A stretch of DNA of 64,000 nt. It comes from an uncultured bacterium (GTDB lineage: Bacteria; Krumholzibacteriota; Krumholzibacteriia; JACNKJ01). The notes under the pieces were generated by a model, which did no database searches, had not been told where the DNA came from, and saw only the letters and a program-made list of their open reading frames with translations. Both the position numbers and the translations under genes were made by a program. The stretch is from NCBI GenBank assembly GCA_963695095.1, contig CAVOFT010000001.1, positions 3,104,001 through 3,168,000 of the forward strand. The letters run 5' to 3'. Within the stretch, counting starts at the first letter, position 1. Every line of letters begins with the position of its first letter. Below are positions 42,166 through 61,370 of the stretch, piece by piece.

Positions 42166-44247
42166 CTAGACCCCGAAACCGACGAAACGGCTGGCAATGT
42201 TCTTAGGGACAGCCTCGAAATGGGAAAACTGCATCGTGTACGCGGCGCGCCCCTGCGTCATCGAGCGCAACTGCGTCATGTAGCCGAACATCTCCGACAG
42301 CGGCACGGCCGCCTTCACCACCTGCGTGTCCAGGCGCGGCAGCATGCCCTCCACGCGGCCGCGGCGGGCATTGATATCGCCCACGACGTCCCCGGTGTAG
42401 TCGCCCGGGGTGATCACCTCGACGGACATCACCGGCTCCAGAAGCACGGGATCCGCCTTGAGGGCCGCCTCGCGGAAAGCGATGGCGGTGGCGGCCTGGA
42501 AGGCCTGCGGCGTCGATTCCACCTCGTGGTGGCTGCCGCCGAGCAAAGTGACGCGGCAGTCGACCAGTTCGTAACCGGCGAGAACGCCCGAGCTCATCGC
42601 GCCGCGCGCAGAGCTTTCGATGGCGGCGATGTACTCGTCCGGCAGTTCGCCCGGCGCGGCGGCGTTGGCGAAGATGAAGCCCGCGCCGCGGCCCGCAGGC
42701 TCGATCGCCAGCTTGACGTGGGCGAAGAGGCCCTTGCCGGCGAGCTGCCGCTGGTAGCGATGCTCGGCCTCGCCGCGCGCCGCCACCGATTCCTTGTAGA
42801 CCACCTGCGGCCGGCCCACGTTGGCGGCGACATTGAATTCGCGCACCATGCGATCGCGCAGGATCTCCAGGTGCAGCTCGCCCATGCCGGCGATCAGGGT
42901 CTGGCCGGTTTCCTTGTCCACGCGGACCTGGAAGGTGGGATCCTCTTCGGCCAGGCGCTCCAGGGCGAGCTTCAGCTTCTCCTCGTCGGCCTTGGTCTTG
43001 GGCTCGATGGCGATGTCGATGACGGGCTCGGGGAAGTCCATCGACTCGAAGACCACGGGATGCGCCAGTGCGGTGAGGGTGTCGCCCGTACGCACGGACT
43101 TGAGGCCGACCGCGGCGACGATCTCGCCGGCAGTGGCCTGAGGCACCTCTTCCCGCTTGTTGGCGTGCATCCGTCAGGAGGCGACCCATGCGCTCCTTCT
43201 TCCCCGTGCTTGCGTTCAGCGCCATTTCACCCGCCTTCAGCGGTCCCGCTGTAGACCCTGAAGAAGGTCAACTTCCCCGCGAAGGCATCGCTGGCGATCT
43301 TGAACGCCAGGGCCGAGAAGGGCGCCTTCGGATCCGGCGGCCGACTGGTGCCGGCCCTTGCCGCTCGGCAGCTCGCCCTCCACCGCGGCAGGTCCAGCGG
43401 GCTCGGCAGGTAGTCGACGATGCCGTCGAGCAGCCGCTGGACACCCTTGTTCTTGAAGGCCGATCCCGCGAAGACGGGTACCAGCCCGATTGGCCGAGCG
43501 TCGCCCTTCCGGATCGCCCTGCGTCAGCAGCGCCGCTTCGATCGGCTGCCCGCCCAGGTAGGCCTCGGCGAGCTCATCGTCGAACTCGGCCGCGGCTCCG
43601 ACCAGCCGCTCCCGCGCCTGCTCGGCTTCGGGCAACAGCGTCGCAGGGATCGCCCCCGCCTCGTAGCGCTGGCCGAGGCTCTCCTCGTCGTAGCGCAGCG
43701 CCTGCATCTCCACCAGGTCGATCAGGCCGAGGAAGCTCTCTTCGCTCCCCCAGGGCAGGGTCACCGGCACGCCGTTGGCCCCCAGCCTCGTCTTGATCGC
43801 CTCCACCACCGCTCCGAAATCAGCCCCCACCCGGTCCATCTTGTTGACGAAGGCCAGGCGCGGCACGTGGTAGCGGTCCGCCTGGCGCCACACCGTCTCC
43901 GACTGGGGCTCCACGCCGCCCACGGCGCAGAAGACGGCGATCATGCCGTCCAGCACCCGCAGGCTGCGCTCCACCTCCATCGTGAAATCGACGTGCCCCG
44001 GGGTGTCGATGATGTTGATCCGGTGCTCACGCCAGTAGCAGGTCGTTGCCGCAGAGGTGATCGTGATCCCTCGCTCCCGCTCCTGCTCCATCCAGTCCAT
44101 GGTCGCGGCGCCGTCGTGCACCTCTCCCATGCGATGGATGATGCCTGCGTAGTAGAGAATCCGCTCGGTGGTGGTCGTCTTGCCGGCATCGATGTGGGCC
44201 GCGATGCCGATGTTGCGTATCCGCTCGAGTGATTCTCCACTGCTCAT
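42166..44247 (-). CDS. fusA: elongation factor G, str-operon copy (divergent domain IV; cluster of indels ~43170-43530)
   Basis: [47 protein letters not shown] recovered across frames. Confidence 0.9.
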
Positions 44248-44260
44248 GGCAGAAACCTGA

Positions 44261-44320
44261 ATACCCCTCCTGAGATCTCAAACGCACGATGACTGCAGTT
44301 CAAGATCTCAGGAGGGGTAT
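44261..44320. repeat. perfect 18-bp inverted repeat in the fusA leader
   Basis: ATACCCCTCCTGAGATCT (44261-44278) / AGATCTCAGGAGGGGTAT (44303-44320). Confidence 0.9.
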
Positions 44321-44434
44321 CCTTCACAGGACCCGAACCTGCAGACATCGTCCTCCGGCGGTTGGGATCCCCGATGCGAGGGATCCGCGTTCACCGCCGC
44401 CGGCGGCTATGTGAGTCCTCGGACCTTTCTTCTT

Positions 44435-44903
44435 TTAGAACCGGAAGTGGGCGAAGGCCTTGTTGGCCTCGGCCATCCGGTGCGTATCCTCGCGCTTCTT
44501 GATGGACGGGCCTTCCTTGCGGTAGGCCGCCAGGAACTCCGCGGCCAGGCGCTCGCCCATCGTGTGGTCGGGCCGGCTGCGGGCGAACTGCAGCAGCCAG
44601 CGCATGCGCCAGGGCGGTGCGGCGAGACGGCCGCACCTCGACGGGCACCTGGTAGTTGGCGCCACCGACGCGGCGGCTGGTCACCTCGAGATGCGGCTTG
44701 ACGTTGTTGAGGGCCGTCGTGAAGACCTCCAGCCCCTTCTTGCCCGAGCGCTCCTCGATGATGTCCATCGCCTTGTAGAAGATGGCCTCGGCCGTGCTCT
44801 TCTTGCCGCCCTTCATCATGTAGTTGATGAACTGCGAGACCATGGCGCTGCTGAAGCGCGGGTCGGGAGTGGTCTCGCGGCTGATCTTGATCTTGCGACG
44901 CAT
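44435..44903 (-). CDS. rpsG: 30S ribosomal protein S7 (indel near 44610)
   Basis: [14 protein letters not shown], then [15 protein letters not shown] in a second frame. Confidence 0.95.
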
Positions 44904-44921
44904 GGTCCTTCTACCGGCCTC

Positions 44922-45293
<372 letters not shown>

Positions 45294-45409
45294 GCTCGCA
45301 CTCCTCGTACTCCGGCGGGCTCGGCCACCGAGTCCGATAAGCAACTCATTGTTGCGCTTAAACTTAGGAAGTCGGATCGCTCATGCCAGCAGGCACAAGC
45401 AAGATCGCC

Positions 45410-45438
45410 AATCTACACGAACAGTTCGCGCTTGTCAA
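45410..45438 (-). promoter_or_regulatory. sigma70-type promoter of the str operon
   Basis: TTGACA-17 bp-TAGATT. Confidence 0.75.
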
Positions 45439-45524
45439 GCAAACCCTGCTTTTTTCCCTTGTCAGCGCGGCGCTTAGCCCCTCCCGCAGGTCGCCGGCGG
45501 CGCCCCCGGTGGCGCGGCGCCGCC

Positions 45525-53596
<8,072 letters not shown>

Positions 53597-53701
53597 GGGC
53601 GGCCTCCCGGAAGCAGGACGGAAATAGACAGACCGGTGCCCGGGGTGCGACCTCGCGCCGGGCACCGATCAGAACTGCGGACGGACCTGTGGGCGGGCAA
53701 G

Positions 53702-54077
53702 CTACTTGAGCTCAACCACACCTCCGACTTCCTCGAGCTGGGTCTTGATGGCCTGCGGCCTCGTCCTTGGAGACGCCCTCCTTGACGGCCTTGGGCGCGC
53801 CGTCGACGAGATCCTTGGCCTCCTTGAGGCCCAGCCCGGTGATGGCGCGCACCACCTTGATGACCTGGATCTTCTTGTCCCCTGCGGCGCTGAGGACGAC
53901 GTCGAACTCGGTCTTCTCCTCGACCTCGGCGGCGGCGGGGGCGGCGGCGGCCATCGCCATCATCGGCGCCGCGGCGGTGACGCCGAACTTCTCCTCAAGG
54001 GCCTTGACCAGCTCGGAGAGCTCCAACACGCTGAGCTCCGAAACGTGGTCAACGATCTGGTCGACCTTCTGCGACAT
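53702..54077 (-). CDS. rplL: 50S ribosomal protein L7/L12 (indel near 53753)
   Basis: [16 protein letters not shown]; shifted tail reads [16 protein letters not shown]. Confidence 0.95.
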
Positions 54078-54134
54078 GACTGACTCCTGTGTTTTCCGAA
54101 CGTATGCCGGGTGTATCGATACGCGCCCGCGCGC

Positions 54135-54656
54135 CTAGGCGGCGGCGCCCTTCTGCTTGGCGATCTGGTCCAGAGCGTTGACCAGCCCCACGATGGTCGC
54201 GTTCAGCGTGCGCACCAGGCTGGACAGCGGGGCCTGCACGGTCCCCACCACCTGGGAAAGCAGCTGCTCGCGCCCGGGCAGGTCGGCGAGGGCGTGGACA
54301 CTGGCGGCATTGACGACCTGCCCATCCACGTACCCGGCCTTCAGCTCGAGCTTTCCAAACTCCTTGGAGAACTCCTTGAGCACCTTGGCGGGAGCGACCA
54401 GATCCTTGCTGTAGGCAATGGCGGTCGGCCCCCCGAAGTGCGCATTCAGCGCTTCCTTTGCGGTCCCCTCCACAGCGCGCCCCACTAGGGTGTTCTTGAC
54501 GACGCGAAACTTGACGTCAGCCACCCGGCAGCGACGGCGCAACTCGGAGATCTCCTCGACGTTGACGCCCGAAAAGTCGCTCAACACGACGGTGGCGGCC
54601 GATGCCAGATCCTCCGTCAGCGTGTCGACCAGCGCGACCTTCTTCGGATTGGGCAT
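54135..54656 (-). CDS. rplJ: 50S ribosomal protein L10
   Basis: FRVVKNTL, GPTAIAY, LPGREQL. Confidence 0.96.
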   Translation of the reverse strand: MPNPKKVALVDTLTEDLASAATVVLSDFSGVNVEEISELRRRCRVADVKFRVVKNTLVGRAVEGTAKEALNAHFGGPTAIAYSKDLVAPAKVLKEFSKEFGKLELKAGYVDGQVVNAASVHALADLPGREQLLSQVVGTVQAPLSSLVRTLNATIVGLVNALDQIAKQKGAAA

Positions 54657-54683
54657 GCTGCCCCTCCTGATCTCGAACGGTGT

Positions 54684-55382
54684 TTAGCTGAGCGCACCCA
54701 GATCGGCTTCATCCAGCCTGACCGCAGGGCCATTGCTGGAGCAAATGAAGGCCGACTTGAAGTACTTTCCCTTCGCAGACGCGGGCTTGACGCGCGCCAG
54801 CTCCAGGAAGAGCGTTCGCACGTTCTCCTCGAGCTGGGGCCCCTGGAAGGAGACCTTGCCGACAGGGACATGGATGTTCGATCCCTTGTCGATGCGGTAC
54901 TCCACCTTGCCCGCCTTGACTTCCCGCACGGCCTTGGCCACGTCCTGGGTGACGGTTCCGCTCTTCGGGTTGGGCATCAGTCCCCGCGGACCGAGAATCT
55001 TGCCCAGCTTGCCCACGTCCTTCATCATGTCCGGCGTCGTGATGATGACGTCGGTGTCGGCCCAACCGGCCTGGATCTTCTCCAGGTATTCGTCGGCGCC
55101 GACCAGGTCGGCGCCGGCCGCTTTGGCGGCCTCGGCGTGCTCGCCCTTGACCAGGGCCAGCACCCGGACCGTGCGACCGGTGCCGTTGGGGAGGACGACA
55201 GTGCCGCGGATCATCTGATCCGCGTGCCGGGGATTCACGCCCAACCGCGCGGAGACCTCGACCGTCTCGTCGTACTTGGCCTTGGCCATCTGCTTGACCA
55301 GGTCCACCGCCGTAGCGATGGTGTAGGCCGCCTCCGACTTCCGGAGCGTGGCAGCGTCGCGGTAGTTCTTCCCACGATTCAT
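54684..55382 (-). CDS. rplA: 50S ribosomal protein L1
   Basis: [26 protein letters not shown]. Confidence 0.97.
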   Translation of the reverse strand: MNRGKNYRDAATLRKSEAAYTIATAVDLVKQMAKAKYDETVEVSARLGVNPRHADQMIRGTVVLPNGTGRTVRVLALVKGEHAEAAKAAGADLVGADEYLEKIQAGWADTDVIITTPDMMKDVGKLGKILGPRGLMPNPKSGTVTQDVAKAVREVKAGKVEYRIDKGSNIHVPVGKVSFQGPQLEENVRTLFLELARVKPASAKGKYFKSAFICSSNGPAVRLDEADLGALS

Positions 55383-55504
55383 CGTAAGGTCCTCACGATC
55401 AGCTCAGCAGCAAACGGTTGATGTCGAAGAGGGCTGTCGGGACCGGGAGATGGAGAAGCTTGCCTTCCCCCTCAATGGAAGGCCCATGCACCCGGCGATC
55501 GAAG

Positions 55505-55939
55505 CTACCCTTTGATCTCGATTCCCATGCTGCGGGCAGTGCCCGCGATCATCTCCACCGCCGCGTTGATATCCGCGGCATTGAGATCTGAGGCCTTCAA
55601 TTCTGCGATTTCCTTGAGCTGGGCGGGGGTCACCTTGCCCACCTTGGTCCGGTTGGGCTCCCCCGATCCCTTTTCGAGCTTGGCGGCCCGCAGCAGAAGC
55701 ACCGCCGCGGGCGGCGTCTTCGTGATGAAGGTGAAACTGCGGTCGCCATACACGGTGATCACGCAGGGGGTCACGATACCCTGGGCGTTCTGCGTCTGGG
55801 CGTTGAAGGCCTTGCAGAACTCCATGATGTTCACCTGGTGCTGTCCCAGGGCCGGACCGACAGGCGGCGCCGGATTGGCCTGGCCGCCCTTGATCTGGAT
55901 CTTGACCTGCGCGACGATCTTCTTCTTGCTCTTGGCCAT
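55505..55939 (-). CDS. rplK: 50S ribosomal protein L11
   Basis: [19 protein letters not shown]. Confidence 0.97.
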   Translation of the reverse strand: MAKSKKKIVAQVKIQIKGGQANPAPPVGPALGQHQVNIMEFCKAFNAQTQNAQGIVTPCVITVYGDRSFTFITKTPPAAVLLLRAAKLEKGSGEPNRTKVGKVTPAQLKEIAELKASDLNAADINAAVEMIAGTARSMGIEIKG

Positions 55940-55992
55940 ATGCCTCTGCTCCTGCGCCCTGCAGCCCGCCCGCCGAGGGCCGAACCGCGGGT

Positions 55993-56694
55993 CTAGATGG
56001 GCTCCACCTGGAGGAAGTCGAGTTCCACCGGCGTTTCGCGCCCGAAAATGGTCACCATGACCTTCAGGGTCCCGCGCTCCTCGTTGACGTCGTCGACGAC
56101 GCCGTTGAACTCGCTGAAGGGCCCGTCGATGACGTGAATATGGTCCCCCACCCGGTAGGGAATCTCCGTGACCCGGTGCTCCTGCGGCCGCTCGATGCGG
56201 CCGAGGATGCGGTCCACCTCGTGCGGACGCAGCGGCACGGGGCGCCGGCTGCTATCGCGGGGATCGAGCCCGACGAAGCGCGTGACGCCGCTGATCTGGT
56301 TGACGAGGTGGTAGGCCTCGTCGCACATCTCCATCTCGACGAGGATGTAGCTCGGGAAGTACTTGCGGCTCGAGACCGTCTTCTTCCCCTGCTTCATCTC
56401 CGTCACTTCTTCGGTCGGCACCAGCACCTGGCCGAAACGCTCGTCCAGGCCCTCGACCTGAACGCGCTTGAGCAGGTTGCTGCGCACCTTGTTCTCGTGG
56501 CCGGAGTAGGTGTGGACGGCGTACCAGCGCAGACGAGGATTGCGGGCGCCCTCATCCCCTGCGGCAGGGGCAAGGCTCGCCACCTCGGCGACGGACTCCG
56601 CCTCCGGCTCCACGGCAAAGGGGCGCACCACCGGCTCGGGCCCGGCGTCCGCCGCCTCTTCCTGGCTGTCCTCTGCGCTGTGCTCTTCAAGCAT
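55993..56694 (-). CDS. nusG: transcription factor NusG with acidic N-terminal extension
   Basis: [37 protein letters not shown]. Confidence 0.95.
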   Translation of the reverse strand: MLEEHSAEDSQEEAADAGPEPVVRPFAVEPEAESVAEVASLAPAAGDEGARNPRLRWYAVHTYSGHENKVRSNLLKRVQVEGLDERFGQVLVPTEEVTEMKQGKKTVSSRKYFPSYILVEMEMCDEAYHLVNQISGVTRFVGLDPRDSSRRPVPLRPHEVDRILGRIERPQEHRVTEIPYRVGDHIHVIDGPFSEFNGVVDDVNEERGTLKVMVTIFGRETPVELDFLQVEPI

Positions 56695-56714
56695 GGTTCG
56701 CCTTGTCCGTCGGG

Positions 56715-56909
56715 CTAACTGAGGAGTCGGATCAGACCGCTGAGCCCCGAATCGAGGATGCGGTCGACAACGAAGATGAAGGCCGTCACGATGATGGACG
56801 CCACGATCACCACCAGCGTGCTCTCCCTGAGCTCGTCGCGGGTGGGCCAGGTCACCTTGCCCATCTCCAGCCACACTTCGCGGAGGTATGTACGGATCCG
56901 CTCGATCAT
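56715..56909 (-). CDS. secE: SecE
   Basis: EMGKVTWPTRDEL plus a TM helix. Confidence 0.95.
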   Translation of the reverse strand: MIERIRTYLREVWLEMGKVTWPTRDELRESTLVVIVASIIVTAFIFVVDRILDSGLSGLIRLLS

Positions 56910-56954
56910 CGCTCGCTCACCTCTCTCGCTTACCGAGACCCCGCCCCGATCAGG

Positions 56955-57027
56955 CAGGCCAGGAGGGACTCGAACCCCCAACCCTCGGTTTTGGAGACCG
57001 ATGCTCTACCATTAGAGCTACTGGCCT
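56955..57027 (-). tRNA. tRNA-Trp(CCA)
   Basis: AGGCCAG stem, TCGGT-CTCCAAA-ACCGA arm, GGTTCGAGTCC; canonical position before secE. Confidence 0.95.
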
Positions 57028-57035
57028 GTGGAGCC

Positions 57036-57185
57036 CTACCGGGCTTCCTTGAACATCGTGTGCTTCCGCTCGCGCGCGCAGTATTTCTTCTGCTCGATGC
57101 GGTCCGGATGCAGACGCTTGTTCTTCGTCGTCGTGTACCAGGTCTTCTTGCACTCGCTGCAACGCAGCTTGACGATCTCACGCAT
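57036..57185 (-). CDS. rpmG: 50S ribosomal protein L33 (not in the ORF track)
   Basis: Hand translation MREIVKLRCSECKKTWYTTTKNKRLHPDRIEQKKYCARERKHTMFKEAR. Confidence 0.95.
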   Translation of the reverse strand: MREIVKLRCSECKKTWYTTTKNKRLHPDRIEQKKYCARERKHTMFKEAR

Positions 57186-57242
57186 TTCGGCTCCCGTGAC
57201 GAGTGCCAGCCGCGCCCTCCCTGGGGCGGCGCGGCGGCAGGA

Positions 57243-58433
<1,191 letters not shown>

Positions 58434-58513
58434 GGCGAATCAACCTCCTGACGGCACTGGGGCTCGTGGCCCGCTCGGTCCCTGTCGCTTTGCCGCGCAC
58501 GCTCTCGATCAGG

Positions 58514-58586
58514 AGCCCAGAATCGGATTCGAACCGACGACCTCATCCTTACCAAGGATGTGCTCTACCGACTGAGCTATCTGGGC
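58514..58586 (-). tRNA. tRNA-Thr(GGT)
   Basis: GCCCAGA stem, ATCCTTGGTAAGGAT anticodon arm. Confidence 0.95.
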
Positions 58587-58606
58587 GCGCGACCCTTCAC
58601 ATACGG

Positions 58607-58680
58607 AGCGGGAAACGGGATTCGAACCCGCGACCCTCAGCTTGGAAGGCTGATGCTCTAGCCAGCTGAGCTATTCCCGC
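58607..58680 (-). tRNA. tRNA-Gly(TCC)
   Basis: GCGGGAA stem, CAGCCTTCCAAGCTG arm. Confidence 0.95.
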
Positions 58681-58718
58681 ATAATCACGGCTCCGGTCTC
58701 GAGCCGGAGCCTGTCGGG

Positions 58719-58800
58719 TGGAGGGGGGAGGATTTGAACCTCCGAAGGCATCGCCGACAGATTTACAGTCTGTTCCCTTTGACCGCTCGGGAACCCCTCC
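58719..58800 (-). tRNA. tRNA-Tyr(GTA)
   Basis: GGAGGGG stem, CAGACTGTAAATCTG arm, long variable arm. Confidence 0.95.
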
Positions 58801-58813
58801 GTTCCGACCGAGG

Positions 58814-58886
58814 AGCTGGTGAGAGGACTTGAACCCCCAACCCCCTCATTACAAGTGAGGCGCTCTACCAGTTGAGCTACACCAGC
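58814..58886 (-). tRNA. tRNA-Thr(TGT)
   Basis: GCTGGTG stem, CCTCACTTGTAATGAGG arm. Confidence 0.95.
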
Positions 58887-59030
58887 CTCGGCAGCCGTCT
58901 CTCGGCAAAACGGCGCACGGTCCACGGCGTCTCGTCTGCTCGCGCGCAGCGAGACCGCGTTGGCCTGACTTGGACGAATGATTGAAGTGGACCGCGCCCC
59001 AGCTTTTTGCAAAGAGAAAGCCGAAGCGGC

Positions 59031-59059
59031 ATGATAGGCCCGTAACTTCGCGTTGTCAA
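59031..59059 (-). promoter_or_regulatory. sigma70-type promoter of the tRNA-tuf operon
   Basis: TTGACA-17 bp-TATCAT. Confidence 0.75.
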
Positions 59060-59105
59060 GGGCTTTCAGGCCGCAGGCCCCTGCAGGGGCGGGGACGGCG
59101 CCAGC

Positions 59106-60542
59106 TCAGAGCGGGCGCAGCCGCGAGCCCTCGGGGCCGTCCAGGACCTGGTAGCCGGCCGCCAGGATGGCCGCCCGCAGGCGGTCCGCCTCGGCCCAGT
59201 TCTTGGCCGCCCGGGCGGCGTCCCGCTCCGCCAGCAGGGCGAGCAGCTCGGCGGGCAGGGCCAGGCGCCGCTCCCGCGGCAGGCCCTCGCGAAAAAGGCC
59301 CAGCACCCCGGTCATCGTCGCCAGGGCGTCCCGGGCCGCCGTCAGGGCCGCCCGATCGGCCCGCAGGCCGGGGTCGTCCTCGTCCACGAGGCGGTTGAAC
59401 TCCCGCACCAGCTCGAAGAGGTGGCCGATGGCCCCGCCGCTGTTGAAGTCGTCGTCCATGGCCTCGCGCCAGCGCTCCAGGGCCTGGGCGGCCCCGCTGG
59501 CCAGGGCCCGGCTGGCCGGGCTGCTGGCCTCCAGCGCCTGCGGCGCCTCGGCGAGGCGCTCGTGCAGGGCCAGGCTGCACTCGCGGATCCGCTCCAGCCC
59601 TGACTTCGCTCGCTCGAGCTGGCCGGCCTCGAACTCGGCCCGGCTGCGGAAGTGCGTGGAGAGCAAGTAGAAGCGGATGACCTCCGGGTCCCAGGTCTCC
59701 AGGAGCTCGGCAACGGAGGTGTAGTTGCCCAGGGACTTGGACATCTTCTCGCCGCCCACGGTCACCAAGCCGTTGTGCAGCCAGAAGTTGACGAAGGGCT
59801 GACCGCTGGCCGCCTCCGACTGGGCCCGCTCGTTCTCGTGGTGGGGGAACTTCAGGTCCAGGCCGCCGCCGTGGAAGTCCAGGGTCTGGCCGCAGTACTT
59901 GGTGGACATCGCCGAGCACTCGATGTGCCAGCCCGGCCGGCCCCAGCCCCAGGGGCTGTCGAAGCCGGGCTCCTCGCGGGGCGCCTTCTTCCAGAGCGCG
60001 AAGTCCAGTTCGTCGCGCTTGCCCTCGCTGACCTCCACCCGCACGCCGCTGTAGAGCTCGTCCACCCGGCGGCCGGAGAGCCGGCCGTAGTCATTATAAG
60101 AGCGCACGTTGAAGTAGACGGCGTCCTCGGCCTCGTAGGCGTGGCCGCGGGCGATCAGGGCCTCGATGAGCGCCAGCATCTCGGGGATGTGCTCGGTGGC
60201 CCGCGGAAAGACGTGGGCGTCGAGGATGTTGAGGGCGCGGGCCTGCTCGAGGTAGAGGTCGATGTTGCGCTGGGCGATGGCCGTGTAGGGCAGGCCCTCC
60301 TCGGCCGCGCGGGCGATGATCTTGTCGTCGATATCCGTGAAATTCTGAACTAAAGTGACTTCGAAGCCCGAGAATTCCAGGTAGCGCCGCACGAGATCGC
60401 CGGTCAGCGCCGCCAGCATGTGGCCCAGGTGGGGCTCGCCCTGCACGGTCATCCCGCAGACGTACATGCCCACCCGGCCCGGCTGGATGGACTGGAAGGG
60501 CACCTTCGTCCGGCGGATGGGATCGTAAACGCGCAAGGACAT
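59106..60542 (-). CDS. cysS: cysteinyl-tRNA synthetase
   Basis: MYVCG, HLGH, GRPGWHIECSAM, FPHHENE, KMSKS. Confidence 0.97.
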   Translation of the reverse strand: MSLRVYDPIRRTKVPFQSIQPGRVGMYVCGMTVQGEPHLGHMLAALTGDLVRRYLEFSGFEVTLVQNFTDIDDKIIARAAEEGLPYTAIAQRNIDLYLEQARALNILDAHVFPRATEHIPEMLALIEALIARGHAYEAEDAVYFNVRSYNDYGRLSGRRVDELYSGVRVEVSEGKRDELDFALWKKAPREEPGFDSPWGWGRPGWHIECSAMSTKYCGQTLDFHGGGLDLKFPHHENERAQSEAASGQPFVNFWLHNGLVTVGGEKMSKSLGNYTSVAELLETWDPEVIRFYLLSTHFRSRAEFEAGQLERAKSGLERIRECSLALHERLAEAPQALEASSPASRALASGAAQALERWREAMDDDFNSGGAIGHLFELVREFNRLVDEDDPGLRADRAALTAARDALATMTGVLGLFREGLPRERRLALPAELLALLAERDAARAAKNWAEADRLRAAILAAGYQVLDGPEGSRLRPL

Positions 60543-60554
60543 GGCCGCCCCCCC

Positions 60555-61370
60555 TCAGGCCTTGGATTCCGGGCGCCCGCCCTCGGCCGCGGCGGAGGCC
60601 GAGCCGCGCAGCGCCGCGACGAGAGCCGCGGCGGCGCCGGGATCGACGGGATTGCGGGTCACGCGGCCCTGCTTGACCGCCGTGCCCACCAGCGCCCCGG
60701 CCGCCGTCTCCAGCAGGCGGCTCGCGTTCTCCGCGCTGAGCCCGCTGCCCACCAGCACGGGGATGGCCGGAAAGCGGGCGGCCAGGCGCTCGATCAGCTC
60801 CGGGTCCGGCTCCTCGCCGGTGGCTCGGCCCGAGACCAGCAGCGCATCGGCCCCCGCGCGCTCGACGAGGTCCTCGGCCTGGTGCAGGGGGTCGCGGTGG
60901 GCCGCCATCACGGCGTGCTTGACGTCCACGTCGGCGAAGAGGCGCACGCTGCTGTCCAGCGCCCGCCGCAGGCGCAGGATCTCGGCCGCCCGCCCCGCGA
61001 GCGTGCCCTGATCGCTGTGAGAGACCCCGCTGAGCACGTTGATGCGGATGAACTCGGCCTCGGCCGCCTGGGCGACGGCCAGGGCCGCCAGGCCGTCGTT
61101 GCGCAGGACGTTCACGCCGAGCGCCAGGCCCGGCTGGTCCAGGCGGATCGCCCGGGCGACGCGGGTCATCGCGGCCACGGTCTCGGGGCCCACACGGCCC
61201 GGCCAGAAGGGGGCGTCGCCGAAGTTCTCCACCACGAGCCCGTCGAAGCCGGCGCGGGCATAGGCACGGGCGTCCTTCAGCGCCCGGGCCTCGATGGCTT
61301 CCAGGCTCAGGCGGCTCTCGGGGCTGCCCGGCAGGGCCGGCAGATGGACGACACCGTAGAGGGTCTTCAC
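60555..61370 (-). CDS. BtpA/SgcQ family TIM-barrel protein
   Basis: GVVHLPALPGSP, VENFGDAPF, GVNVLRND, ADVDVKH, VGSG. Confidence 0.9.
   Translation of the reverse strand: MKTLYGVVHLPALPGSPESRLSLEAIEARALKDARAYARAGFDGLVVENFGDAPFWPGRVGPETVAAMTRVARAIRLDQPGLALGVNVLRNDGLAALAVAQAAEAEFIRINVLSGVSHSDQGTLAGRAAEILRLRRALDSSVRLFADVDVKHAVMAAHRDPLHQAEDLVERAGADALLVSGRATGEEPDPELIERLAARFPAIPVLVGSGLSAENASRLLETAAGALVGTAVKQGRVTRNPVDPGAAAALVAALRGSASAAAEGGRPESKA

Noticed and set aside
53632..53669. CGGTGCCCGG/CCGGGCACCG hairpin between rplL and rpoB, and similar GC hairpins near 28350, 28810 and 63410
   Set aside because: Ordinary intergenic attenuator or stability hairpins; they do not share enough sequence to call a repeat family
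58886..59027. 6S RNA call for the tRNA-operon leader
   Set aside because: The bulge is one-sided rather than a two-stranded central bubble and the element is short; kept only as an unknown structured RNA
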